Origin: a virus
DNA: 64,000 nucleotides
Reading direction: 5' to 3' (one strand)
IMG/VR virus record: IMGVR_UViG_3300027763_000038
Coordinates: 32,001 to 96,000 of that record
Positions within the stretch are counted from its first letter, which is position 1. The number at the start of each line of letters is the position of its first letter. Below, piece after piece: positions 45,601-51,681 of this stretch. The notes below the pieces were generated by a model. It was given only the letters and a program-made list of their open reading frames with translations. It was not told where the DNA came from and did no database searches. The position numbers and the translations under genes are program-made.

Positions 45601-47063
45601 ATTGGTAAAAGTTCTTTAGCAGCATCGGCAACTTTAATGAAAGCATTAGCTAAACTCAACCCTACTGTTACCATCTTCTGAAAACTATCAGTATTTCCAA
45701 CACTACGAATGAGTGTTAAAAATTCTTCTCTAGTTTTGGATATTTGGACAGCTAGTGCTAACTGACCTTTAGCAGCGTCTGTGGCTAAAGAGCCTTGTCC
45801 AGCTTGTGCGATCTTTAATGCATCTTGTGCTGTGGTAAATTCTTGAATCAATGGAATAACTTTACCAATTTGTCTAAAACCACCAAGTTCTTCTACTATA
45901 TTAGAAAATTTAAGATCTCTGGGATCTATTTTACCTAAGCCTTCACTTAATAATTGAACAGCTTTATATGCTCCTACAAATTTACCATCTAGATCTGTTA
46001 GATTAACACCATATTCTTTCAAGGCTTCAATAGTGTCACCTCTTTGAATTCTGGTAAAGATTGTTCTTAAGCCAGTGGCAATAGTTTCAGCACTTTCTCT
46101 GGTTGTTGCTCTAACGCTGGTGAAGACCGCAATGAATTCATTAAGAGCATCTTTGCCTTCACTTACTCCTTTGCTAGCTGCGGCAAACACACCACCGGTA
46201 CGCTGAATAGCAGCAATAATATCACTAGATTCCACAGCAAATCTTGCTGATACAGCATTAATGGAACCTAATGCTTTTTCTAGATCATTAGCTCCAATTT
46301 TAAACTGTCTCATTAAAGCAATAGAACCTTCTACTGTTTGATTCATATTATCAAAAGACGGGGTCAAAGCACTCAAAGCCAAAGCATTTAATGCTATTTC
46401 GGTTTCTTTAGCGCTTAAACCAGCTTGAGATAATGTTACTGCAACAGTAGCTAAATCTTTAGCTGCGACACCCAACTGACCAGATAATGAAGCTATAGTT
46501 ACCTGTAATTTACCTAAATTTTCTTTACTTTCACCAGTAACTTGAGAAATACGAGTTATTTGTTTATCAAAACTAATAAATTCTGAAATACCGCTCTTGA
46601 TAGCCCCAACTAATCCATAGATTAATACGGTAGAGCTACTAAATGCAGCAAAACGTCTAACAGCCAAACCAGCTTGATTACCAAATTCTTCTATCTCGGT
46701 TCTAGAGCCAGCGATAGCTCTTTGTGATGCTCTAGCAGAAGCTTGTACTCCTTGCAAAGCAGCAGATATTTGCCCAGCATGATTAGGCATACTTACAGCA
46801 GCAACACCCCTCATTGCATTCATCATATCTCTCATAGCGTTAGCAACATTTGTTGCCGAAGAAGCTGTTGTTGTGAGAGTAGAATTAAGATTATTTAAAG
46901 AAGAGTTTAAACCGGCAATTACTTGAACAGTAGCTGGGTTTATCTTAAGATTAACATTAGCAGAGATCGTACCTAATTGTTTTTTAATGTTAGATACAAT
47001 AACATTAACATTAGATGGTCCCTGTAAATTAATTTGTGCTGTTAAATTAAATCCTTTAGACAT
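30612..47063 (-). CDS. giant tape measure protein (5483 aa) with repeated linker modules and cargo domains
   Basis: N-terminal phage minor-tail/TMP domain (FDKQITRISQVTG...LSQAGLS...SAETIATGLRTIFTRI), position after tail tube and chaperones, SD GAGG, and eight DTVPAMLTPGEFV-type modules. Confidence 0.92.
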   Translation of the reverse strand: MSKGFNLTAQINLQGPSNVNVIVSNIKKQLGTISANVNLKINPATVQVIAGLNSSLNNLNSTLTTTASSATNVANAMRDMMNAMRGVAAVSMPNHAGQISAALQGVQASARASQRAIAGSRTEIEEFGNQAGLAVRRFAAFSSSTVLIYGLVGAIKSGISEFISFDKQITRISQVTGESKENLGKLQVTIASLSGQLGVAAKDLATVAVTLSQAGLSAKETEIALNALALSALTPSFDNMNQTVEGSIALMRQFKIGANDLEKALGSINAVSARFAVESSDIIAAIQRTGGVFAAASKGVSEGKDALNEFIAVFTSVRATTRESAETIATGLRTIFTRIQRGDTIEALKEYGVNLTDLDGKFVGAYKAVQLLSEGLGKIDPRDLKFSNIVEELGGFRQIGKVIPLIQEFTTAQDALKIAQAGQGSLATDAAKGQLALAVQISKTREEFLTLIRSVGNTDSFQKMVTVGLSLANAFIKVADAAKELLPIITLFAAVKGASAITQFASGFGRGFTGGGRRNNAPGFATGGLVPGQGDSDSIAARLTPGEFVIRKSAVKAIGAHNLHRLNKANGGRIQKFSNGGLTQSYTIDQLLTRDGSSTIQKAIGKTNIEAVGDSAKIRIVPRSIDLKPADFKKIWDMASEKASTSKRYKSYAGVDVSGENRAKLDDIIQSSKNQKNRKRAVSEKETEVGKLGSAENRWGKAYETLIISKLKQGWESASNKTNYPVDLIQKAENQAIQKIGEAKFKTSDTEDIDLVSKMLRYRIDKNQVGFAGSKNGLFKENNKKDKDPNVFLGNLDYFWEANQKDKFYSWIQTQQKNKVPGFNSGGSVRKFVDAGIVTPTSGKAATSTDIFRVLTLDEVIKDTGSNAGDIQRILKKRNSLTPSEQVIKDKILAKYTEKTSGIKKANNLDIQKATTDGLLFGAAGFKGRAFPTTDRMEIPGLKNPVKVRITSGVLDKEAAGKDIKRMTQAMNAVSAKSTKNMQIRQILKEVGPIYSDFDRTLAFGADKILADPKQPRFSEFSDKDKVRDALKNATLSKLGLALVAQVRKTPQLLDNLHVISARPKNTMGLIGEWLASKNLPIRNLEGVGGPDNTAEKIAQLKVEYMQANPGAFIDDDKRNIDAARAAGMNVYHYANKKVKASDRKKMGEANAHGYIAESIIHQLGGPIANKAATNYGIDFPDGLKDASKYFKLPPNIPTDAKLTLNGPAELKGQIGNYLKARGYADGGLVPGVGSQDTVPANLNVGDFVIRKKAVQTIGANKLSSLNRKAAGGSINTTVPALLTPGEFVINKKTASRIGTPTLNRLNHADKVSGFNSGGLVGGVQEFATGGAVQRLFFGGRAGPAARPNTVNTETIGVSGNTAQRLSELAEVLSELGVASSRSGQLLRRGYQATAAEAERAYNADILMARAAGASATVLYDLQRALQQSQQEARNEVRIRQQLGNVNGRQIQEALSMVDEELERLTVTARAAATAAGTLTDEEVEAEVRAGAGARRTQAFENVNASGVLTGVGGGVDLAGIGATGDDLERTMMALMRDADTLDQMNQEYIRQRRHAMAEEARLDGNLARAARIRAGLERDVEQVISAEVRARRQAVEEAARSAGSRDTGTRDRNNGNRGLLMAGGIITVGSLISQQMDTKASAGQASAAAGLNTASQSAGVAIGVISQLQDFEQHLRDAGTEVGDMGANAVRAGRRLLMVGSFIFTAVSVIKDMTNAMNEFKLEVESKKLEFAMKGVEQEFEVLRKDVKNLDFTRLNNKLEAASTAFANQINILSTRTLYTFTNLFDALATFTGNGVGGEEGLRQRSDILRLGGSQAYYRASNSAEDTNVEFNKIIPQLAQEQAAMGRALGDSLLESFKERAKRGESVKDITSDPNFDKFSESLANADAVIRQKILEVENSGLGNAQINSIKESIIKNAGEEKARQQVNIVLREKEAQALQRSTYAFTGSLNRMFKNMEQAISATSNALDSMQKSIDANIASLTGSAALQNINSQTSNIISNPRAYSRASVSQAQSTGAGFFGQSSGLVKSLLKVGETAENTIMKTINDTVQQNPEANDEIIGSKITTNVNKALKDLGLPPEFVDKLSGQIGKAIADLRKSGDDKISFGDLQEKVAGLSSTLDTAKGVSDIVVKALDHFNSALNTYSSNINKIIDLEISSREKLRKAEDILINSGVELSKVFGESINLEKSRARTQARVGRFTGGVTDPDKIFNQILKLNTEKNIAESSRAQAGERGAAGAEDFAKFSKDVQNNSIALRESYNALRFLADNTENASEAMQKIQDVQQRNAGKVSFIEKLATATPDEAASLGNALNRLQKNINGQINTINSSTGAQKAYFEALQSGASGFEAMRAAQTAFANERKETLGALQDIMPFLGEGRQASNVRANVLESMLKESGMGISPMMMDVLNNLRNPQADPAVAAAMTYYNEAIALQSSANEHLANIDQHLAQDTTEANAKALATALSDVTLTFFNQQLVDIAANINNLVPVKPQARAAGGIIYAEAGQMVNFQPKGSDTVPAMLTPGEFVVNKKATANNRSLLESINSHKYSSGGSVRYYDRGGFVHDAGDPSDFTKSSSISQIKLLNLNTPNVINDLLKAQNKLYNTPSVYTFLDSRKQTPEPTKDNYDLKDLEPTAGVVVPGFGPIIGRKNNKEVDYQRDPAEEALLNRFSAIKSDDTFFHINSLDKGSFGTTNIKELNFEEYKRKAAENNIKWELPKFDLPNNYGPVPNITDFKLNIPDAFSSNIISNPYGIIVPDEAGGMPTLDVATNRMYQIYEATNGGVKENAISIDPPFFQAPVGAAPGSSLAGLDFKPKGSIVGRNLVMNNLTKNIISHDKIADLKIKNDEAYAEYEKTRDFLNAPTFKEDTVIDEDAKHALEIQAQLSKVYNGNSIGEIIKGKTLIEKYFPTIKGVENAGSLMILQDSATEAINKLIMEYAANPIAAKDKNIVFSGKNLKKPAIGDFVKDVPINIFSVDKAGAMDLPAKPFPYIVNASLEDLDADLRKKIEKELTAKNPGGISMKRLPPETLSIPVNDLLNSFNIQKQFKDTLSLNGQNLDFKVSYDEWEGKLFKPDTNEFNPHISKYLLPAKNDKTFFESLDISKRRITTNGVNRFTGQELLQSIADGSNVGNVTTNLTDYIKLIVNGGKDNGERQKLLDSLSSKFKGSFIKSQDMTFPDVDTLITPFDRDSITTFNVGKHILEALDAAKIQAAEGSDQIEGKALGNQGVGDADLPKAVRATAKGALSIFGRAKVPGLSNSWLSRYIGKIPNMVNLKPSGAKNMAAYASGVMEQFGAYLSNIGTKSNNPNQYQGLKELWTLASGASQAFSGLANGNSSLFGQFVASDLKLIDLFRSLGAGTLMRRITGLALNDDWKNLLANTAKGKSRKVGINSLGKQKELSEDNLPTTLQELIDLVFNPYTEFDDSDTRFVLMDKLVNDLSNFKEGIGIPYFDRNTMAFISKNVQSLEKWYHGDGDKWLGQDYLFDKKLKPEARIPAFFDSASDNSFTDIYQEANDAQVTLGLGSKFGRLPSPNWFRARVAQGLQTGGMVYAANGGQMIQFQPRGTDTVPAMLTPGEFVINRKATQENLPLLKAINQGGNPKALSKGGVIYAQDGTQVPSLSVNGGVSIPTVISGNEFKTVDYNTNIKLQQKAKQEAQSKMLQQYQKDMELFEQSLQEDINNLVTSKSSPEMDKDTRFLASKKIISYYETIKKRNKEILFVSGRDGLLGTGDDIVPEQEMSLDDLSLKYSMLGLTPGVGIPFDVAAAVVDVMRGDLTGAGLSLASTVEGVGQVAGAAKIAAGVKAATAAKAATAAMAGVGLFATLKKFKPLKSDAVLDAIKTQTAKNMPAGLNTDELKALSELQTKIKNGGLDLSSAADITKQFDIAKNTTGATSAFAKMIDSIKTLAIQGDLGDAAKVVDDISGAKGGIFSTITKNIAGRLKSGALLLGGGVAGATLFSGGIHKYNTAAEARHKLDPETVKAATADATVVNGIPAGDPGRARAPVPAGGPAPAAKPQTPQEKIDAIIREFQFPKIRLGKQTQADLNKVKDPIKRLNMYENKAKLLRADPNLEYRSMGGLIYAQDGMLVPGSRLMDPRLVQQNQNYMPEMTPTQGELDFANQQAKLQTQQAKITTDNSGRQWHTPEGEISAYGPPPGPGLMGESLYQRAGAAWGMFTAVAGAARSKGGARGKGQKSAARTLPPKPKSATNTAVQQKVAELTKRKAQVQSEVTTINQKIKEATDRRKALLGDNKEKDLLEGIHDGRETFGSKLSFRDTKYTLTRDKVNTDLLLKDFARATGKQVTQSTVQSDEFLAYIKSAILEPLAKTPEELIARQSRGLIVNGIKQDGKLTLEDIQKFAKDPEGISRLDQQIRGGNSDAHMIMGPGGTINTGRNFGNTKEVDMLYRALENGNLDHVQGVTPALRKSLEQTLLFQQIRVEEAQIKAFKTQVRSLESQISNIEAGINQGNQLLNPPEQAPAVAVPPKPLPPPPPPLRNGPPPLPRQAGGPPPLPPKGPPPLPPQYREKGGVIYASTGGLIKGLSSDLAQQLYPYTSSEEGKKKLKEYADAQFGVKSFEPNSQSPKYDAQYDATTKKISSKNQDPELLKHELGHALQDKNNMFMKTDVLDSLKPDIQNFALDPKGWAPLKEVTNSPYSGQQLVDDNREVFTNIIQSMKTSEFSKNSLAKELLKKIMKAYGFDNGGPVYASTGKLINFQPRGTDTIPAMLTPGEFVVNAKATRNNLDLLKSINSGGGSDSKGYSSGGVVYLKDGGPTAAFERLLAISGSEFKGLNDPDPQDPKGRSLTEQGQQRKENGEVASTIRGKDGKLITVVEKSDAQIRKESKERTEQNKENNKEYNNKQNVEDRKNYLKEIVDNLPKQKAAIEAAKKFREELISVKSQYIKRTEEKLKNTAKALNITLLELISKNPEAKAEADFIRGKASVDDLQQSGHQDLIDALEQLGQDIGFKLKNNPFTNINDLVAVSPEELGGIDFPNKFRETYYNEVGAKEIYQRNATIVPGILPQDFKYSNGKVLGPLSLKPEYKASGGVIYAQTGKLIPYEPKGTDTVPAMLTPGEFVVNRAATQKNLPLLKAINNGKTEAYSQGGVIYAKGGGWADMAGASSSVPKGSQPPTEEEKQKIIMERSLAKTQTGSLILQIKNEAETSPQMFDALKADAINESLTAEGLADKYWSVWGKLSADEIKTNAKKQYDIDTQRHKYLTTIYNNSLQAYTILKRDPKASKIGVNGKSILDILNGQARAKIEGDAIDAGWRILFKKHPEIMSGQASQASGNSVAGEKKPEQTPPPPTTEPTHKQYGGMIYANHGMMIPYIPRGSDTVPAMLTPGEFVVNRASAQQNLPLLQAINNNRYSRGGSVKYLANGGMTDESGAGGGVSNSGGSSSPNMDGLSQFTTKFAEFIGQLKAINLPPVINVMGNHKVEVVFNGAEVLKQLSETAISNMVVAEVGRAMGTLSDQTEGALGRK
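30915..45494 (-). repeat. eight dispersed ~55-70 aa protein repeats within the TMP
   Basis: Approximate copies: 45321-45494, 43245-43394, 43108-43259, 39372-39575, 36217-36428, 32746-32966, 31719-31928, 30915-31115. Half copies (double-GG motif only) at ~44559-44597, 34803-34841, 33450-33492. Confidence 0.92.
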
Positions 47064-47074
47064 TATTGTACCTC

Positions 47075-47112
47075 AAAAAAGAAACACCATGCTGCAATGA
47101 TACAACATGGTG
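47075..47112 (-). terminator. intrinsic terminator directly upstream of the TMP ribosome-binding site
   Basis: Minus-strand RNA CACCAUGUUGUA-UCAU-UGCAGCAUGGUG (12-bp stem with 2 G-U pairs) followed by UUUCUUUUUU, then GAGG and ATG. Confidence 0.75.
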
Positions 47113-47144
47113 CTTCGATGGTGAAAAAAGATGTAAATAAATTA

Positions 47145-48050
47145 TCAAGTAGTTGCAGGGGGTACTGGGGTTTCTGCTGGGACTGGTTCTGATTCTGTAG
47201 TTGTAGTTGTAGTTGTAGTTGTCTCATCTTTAGTCACTTCGGGTTTGGTGTCTTGTTCTAAAACTACAGGTTTTCCTTCTTCATCCAAGAATGGTTCAGC
47301 ATCTACCACATAATCACCATCTCTATCAACTCTGTTACCATTCTTATCAATGTAGTTGCCTTCCTCATCAATAAATCGACCTTGTTCGTCGATCAATCGA
47401 CCATCAGCATCTACCAACCGACCTCTCTTATCTACCAGCCTTAGCTTCTCATCAACAAACTTATACTTTTGAAGGAACTTATTTTCAGGTAAATTCTTCT
47501 CAAAATTATTATCTAAACCATAAATCATACTGGCCAATTTTTGAGCACCCAACAAGGCAACAGGATCGTCAGCCTTATTCAAATACTCTTCTAAACTATG
47601 AAAATAGGGATCATTTGTATCTTTATACACCACACAAGCTGAGACTAAATAATTAAATCTAGCATTATCAGCTTGACCTTCTGCACTATGATTATCTAAA
47701 GATGTACGAACACTAATTAGGTCTCTAATTTCTGACCTAATTTCTTTCATCTTTAAGGCCAATCCTTTTGCATCTTTGAGACCGAAACCACCCTTGGCGA
47801 GTCTCTTTTCTCCGTCTATTAATTCTTGTTGTAAATCAGAGAACTTTCTCTGTTTCTCTGGATTCCACAAGCCCTGTTCTTCAAGGAGATCATCCATCTT
47901 GGCTCTAACAACAGATTTGGACTTGATAGCATCTGTGAAAGCTTGATTGTAAGCCTTCTGGCCCTCTCTTTGATCATTTAGTGAGGGTGATCTGACCATA
48001 AAGTGTTTTTCGACGCCATCGACTACAACGCTAAAGTTTTCAGTTTTCAT
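47145..48050 (-). CDS. probable tail assembly chaperone with acidic 7-residue repeats
   Basis: Immediately upstream of the TMP; helical N-terminus; (V/I)DxxGxx repeats; poly-Thr/Pro tail. Confidence 0.55.
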   Translation of the reverse strand: MKTENFSVVVDGVEKHFMVRSPSLNDQREGQKAYNQAFTDAIKSKSVVRAKMDDLLEEQGLWNPEKQRKFSDLQQELIDGEKRLAKGGFGLKDAKGLALKMKEIRSEIRDLISVRTSLDNHSAEGQADNARFNYLVSACVVYKDTNDPYFHSLEEYLNKADDPVALLGAQKLASMIYGLDNNFEKNLPENKFLQKYKFVDEKLRLVDKRGRLVDADGRLIDEQGRFIDEEGNYIDKNGNRVDRDGDYVVDAEPFLDEEGKPVVLEQDTKPEVTKDETTTTTTTTTESEPVPAETPVPPATT

Positions 48051-48053
48051 TAT

Positions 48054-48368
48054 TTATCCTTCCTGAGAATTTTGATTATCTTGGTTCTTTGTTACTGGAA
48101 AATTATAGTGATATCTTGTTTTGAAAACACCACCATATCTATAAAAGTCTTCTTTAATTTGTCTAATTTGATTATTACCATTATTCAAAATTTGATTTCT
48201 GGTAAAATCCCAAATGTCAGCGAATTCTTCTTCTTTTTCTGTGAGGTCACCATCTTTATCTTGACCCCATAAAAATCCAAGATTTTCTTCAATGCGAGCC
48301 AATGCTCCAATCATTGTTGTTTGAATTCTTCTTTCCATATAAAATTTAAGTCTATCTGGATCGTACAT
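48054..48368 (-). CDS. hypothetical protein in the tail chaperone region
   Basis: Intact 104-aa ORF tightly packed between its neighbours. Confidence 0.6.
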   Translation of the reverse strand: MYDPDRLKFYMERRIQTTMIGALARIEENLGFLWGQDKDGDLTEKEEEFADIWDFTRNQILNNGNNQIRQIKEDFYRYGGVFKTRYHYNFPVTKNQDNQNSQEG

Positions 48369-48369
48369 A

Positions 48370-49416
48370 CTAACCTCGTTTCTGTTGGTCCTTTAATTGA
48401 TTAAATATCCTAGCTTTAACATCTGGCAGTTCTGCATCTCTTACGGGGCCATCACTTGATACCACCATATTCATTTTCTGTTGTATTGTTTGTAATCCTT
48501 GTTCCGAGTTAAGATCAAATATATCCTGTGCTTGCTCTCTATTGTTAGCCATCAAAAATACTTCGGCAGAATCCTTAATTTTGCCGCTCAACATATTATC
48601 TACACCCTTTTCCTTTTTTTGTTTCTCGTTTTCTTGTCTTTGCAATAACATCCAACCATCAAGAGCATCATCATCAGCTATGATATCATCTTTAGGACAC
48701 TCTGGATGTTCCTGTATCTTATCATACATACAAGAAATATTAATCAAGCTTTTTTGTTCTTCTGACCATTCTTTAACTGATTCATCTAATATATTAGTTT
48801 TATTATTATTCCAATAATTTCTCCAATAATCACTTCGTGCTACTGCTTTATATGTGCTAACATCAATAACATTATGAGAAATAATTGACATAATACTATT
48901 GAAAAGATTAAAAGATATAGAAATATCATAATCAAAAACTAACTCATCAGAGTCAAAATGATACAAAGAGTTCGTGATAATAAATTCATTTTTTATGTTA
49001 TCACAATAATGTTCTAATGTTAAATAATCTAGACTATGTTGTTCTTGATAGAATTTATCAATATCCTGTCTGGTATTCTTTATCTTTTGTTTTATTTTAT
49101 TTTTTTGAATAGTATCATAATATGATTTATAAAGACTAATCTTTTGATTATCTAAACTCTTCTCTACCTTGGTTAAAATCTTTTTATGATCTCTACTAAT
49201 AATATTTGTTTCAATTAATAAATCTTCGATATCTTCCATCAAAACAAAATCACTATAAATATTATTTTCATAAGCAGAAACATAGAGTAAGTCTGCTTTC
49301 ATCTTTAAAGACAAAGAAGGTTTCCTAAGCTCATAAGTATTGTTATTATGAGAAAAAACTTGCTTTCCTGACAATATCCTATGAACTAGTATTTCATATT
49401 TCCTAGTTTCATTCAC
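48370..49416 (-). CDS. probable tail assembly chaperone-like protein
   Basis: GTG start; helical; YDKIQEHPECPKDDIIADDDALDGW; lies between tail tube and TMP. Confidence 0.5.
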   Translation of the reverse strand: MNETRKYEILVHRILSGKQVFSHNNNTYELRKPSLSLKMKADLLYVSAYENNIYSDFVLMEDIEDLLIETNIISRDHKKILTKVEKSLDNQKISLYKSYYDTIQKNKIKQKIKNTRQDIDKFYQEQHSLDYLTLEHYCDNIKNEFIITNSLYHFDSDELVFDYDISISFNLFNSIMSIISHNVIDVSTYKAVARSDYWRNYWNNNKTNILDESVKEWSEEQKSLINISCMYDKIQEHPECPKDDIIADDDALDGWMLLQRQENEKQKKEKGVDNMLSGKIKDSAEVFLMANNREQAQDIFDLNSEQGLQTIQQKMNMVVSSDGPVRDAELPDVKARIFNQLKDQQKRG

Positions 49417-49418
49417 AT

Positions 49419-49553
49419 TTAGTTATCTGTAGAAATAACAGAAGTCTGCAAATTAGACATTTCGTCTAGTTTTTTTTGCAGACTTTCTATTACTTTTTGA
49501 CTTTGTAGTAGCTCTAAATAAAGCTTGCCTATTACCGAAAAGATATCTTCCAT
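49419..49553 (-). CDS. small coiled-coil protein (44 aa, absent from the ORF track)
   Basis: Translated by hand: MEDIFSVIGKLYLELLQSQKVIESLQKKLDEMSNLQTSVISTDN*; GAGG SD upstream; fills the gap almost exactly. Confidence 0.7.
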   Translation of the reverse strand: MEDIFSVIGKLYLELLQSQKVIESLQKKLDEMSNLQTSVISTDN

Positions 49554-49598
49554 ATTAGTCCTCGAACCTGTGTCTTATGATAAATTAACGATTAACTA

Positions 49599-50696
49599 TT
49601 AATAATCTGTACCTGCAACTGGTAGACCACTCTCTACTACACCAGAAGGATCATTATAGGCTAGTGCTTTACCAGCAGCTTGTACACCAGCTGTTCCTGT
49701 TGGAGCAGTATAAGTGAACTCACTATAAGTGGTATAACTATAGGTGATTGATGCATTTGAACCACCAGTATCGCCACCGGTGAAGTTAACGCTGGTTAGC
49801 TTGTTCTTGCTACCAAGATCAAGTGTTGTTCCATCACATAACTTAATAACAATTTGCTTGTTAGTTAGTGCCTTGGGATTACTGCAACTAGCATTACTTG
49901 ACCCAGCAACACCAACCATATCACCAGTATTAGCTGTTACTTCGATTTCTGTTGTAACTTCAACAGGGAATTTGATGTAACGATAGAATGGTGTTCTACT
50001 GCCGAGCTCACGAATTTGCTCACGACCAAGATTCATACTAACAGTAACATTATTGATCTTGGAACCAGAAGGAATACCACCACTACTAGACGAAACAGTA
50101 CCACCAACGCCAGCAGCACTACCCGAATTGGGAAGAATACTATCCTTGCTCCACAAGCCTCTTCGGAGAATACCAAACTGGTCGCTTGGACTACCAGTAG
50201 CTAGTACTGAATCGGTTGTGCTTAATGTACCGGTTGCCCAAGTCTTATCATTGGATACTAGAGTAACGTCTTCTGTAAAATTTCCTTCTGTTGGGAATTT
50301 GTAACTTACTGAAGAAAGATAAGCTGGAGCACATTCAACTGAAGCTAATGGAGTACCAGTAGCTTGTGTTTGGGTATCAGAGAATAATTGCATTCTTACG
50401 CCACAACGATTGTTAGCCAAAGAAGCTAATGAGCCTGTTCCCATAGACATAGCATAAATTGTGGGGAAACCATCAAGAACCTTACTCAAAGTGATTTCCA
50501 CTTCTGGAATTTCTTCATAGTTATCATATAGTTCAATCTGGCCCATTTGATAAATTGGCTCCAGATTAAAGTTAGTATTCATACCAACACTTTGTAAACC
50601 TTGTATTGTGTCGTATGCTGGATTCTTACCAGTTACTGTACCACTTGGTCCGTTAATTTGAACAGATTGACAAGCATAATAAATACGGTTGGCCAT
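49599..50696 (-). CDS. major tail (tube) protein
   Basis: MANRIYYACQ...QGLQSVGMNTNFNLE...GQIELY; two beta-rich halves; SD GGAG; position between terminator-like gene and chaperones. Confidence 0.7.
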   Translation of the reverse strand: MANRIYYACQSVQINGPSGTVTGKNPAYDTIQGLQSVGMNTNFNLEPIYQMGQIELYDNYEEIPEVEITLSKVLDGFPTIYAMSMGTGSLASLANNRCGVRMQLFSDTQTQATGTPLASVECAPAYLSSVSYKFPTEGNFTEDVTLVSNDKTWATGTLSTTDSVLATGSPSDQFGILRRGLWSKDSILPNSGSAAGVGGTVSSSSGGIPSGSKINNVTVSMNLGREQIRELGSRTPFYRYIKFPVEVTTEIEVTANTGDMVGVAGSSNASCSNPKALTNKQIVIKLCDGTTLDLGSKNKLTSVNFTGGDTGGSNASITYSYTTYSEFTYTAPTGTAGVQAAGKALAYNDPSGVVESGLPVAGTDY

Positions 50697-50718
50697 GAGA
50701 TGTCTCCATTAAATTTGG

Positions 50719-51681
50719 CTAAATGATAACTTCAGTCGTTAATCTTATTGTACACCAATATAAATTTTTATTTCGACTTTCCATGTCTGTTATTGCTATA
50801 TCTTTAAAAAAACATCTATTCCATCTGTAGGTTGGATCTGTAACTAAATCACAATAAATTTTACCAGAATTATTTAGAGATCCTCGGTAATTTAAGGGGT
50901 TAACTCCATTATTGACCACTTTGTTAATATCGTATAAGAAAATAGTTTTTTCTTTTTGCAGTCTAATAATATCCATTATTTTGTGCTGGTCTTGTGCATT
51001 TTCTGCAAAAACATGTAATAAAATATCTTGAGTAACAATAAGATCAGTACCACCCATTTGCCATCCTTTAGCAGAGCTTGAGGCTATAGGCTCAATAACT
51101 ATGCAGGGCATTTGAATTCTATGATTAGAAGACAATTGATAGTCTCCTTTGTCTCTTTGATTTATTGCTGGAGATGGATCATAAGTAGCCTGTTGTATTT
51201 CTGTCCAATAAGGATCCATACTACTTTTATATACTTGACACCATCTATAAGAATACTCCATACTTACAGGAGTATTAGCTGGTAATGGTTTATCAAAAAC
51301 CACTTGTCCTAAAGGATAATTAATATAGTATGATAGTGCACCACTACCAGTTGGTGCTGGATAATTTACATTGTTAACTTTAATTCCACTGATATTTTTA
51401 GGTTGAGTATTATTGTAAACAATACCAGTTTCCCAAACCCAGTCTTTTTTCGGGGTCTGCCAAACCTGTCCTTTTGTAAAACCGGGCTGATCAGAAGTTT
51501 TTAATTCATGAAAAGTGCCACCGTATAGTCCACTAGTAGGGATTTTTACATTAACAAATCCTCCGATATTTAAGAAACCCCAGTCTAAAAAGGTTTTAAG
51601 ATTTTCTTCCAATTGACTAAGTAAATAGCTATCTCCTATTTGAGTCACATTATTAAATTTAGTATAATTTTCACAACTCAT
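50719..51681 (-). CDS. probable tail terminator/completion protein
   Basis: QMPCIVIE...QDILLHVFAE...CTIRLTTEV pattern; insertion YYINYPLGQVVF; synteny. Confidence 0.55.
   Translation of the reverse strand: MSCENYTKFNNVTQIGDSYLLSQLEENLKTFLDWGFLNIGGFVNVKIPTSGLYGGTFHELKTSDQPGFTKGQVWQTPKKDWVWETGIVYNNTQPKNISGIKVNNVNYPAPTGSGALSYYINYPLGQVVFDKPLPANTPVSMEYSYRWCQVYKSSMDPYWTEIQQATYDPSPAINQRDKGDYQLSSNHRIQMPCIVIEPIASSSAKGWQMGGTDLIVTQDILLHVFAENAQDQHKIMDIIRLQKEKTIFLYDINKVVNNGVNPLNYRGSLNNSGKIYCDLVTDPTYRWNRCFFKDIAITDMESRNKNLYWCTIRLTTEVII

Noticed and set aside
49416-49490. Lambda G/GT-type -1 frameshift at A AAA AAA in the 44-aa ORF into the next gene, which is in the -1 frame
   Set aside because: The -1 frame hits TAA five codons after the slippery run (ACT AGA CGA AAT GTC TAA) and again before the GTG.
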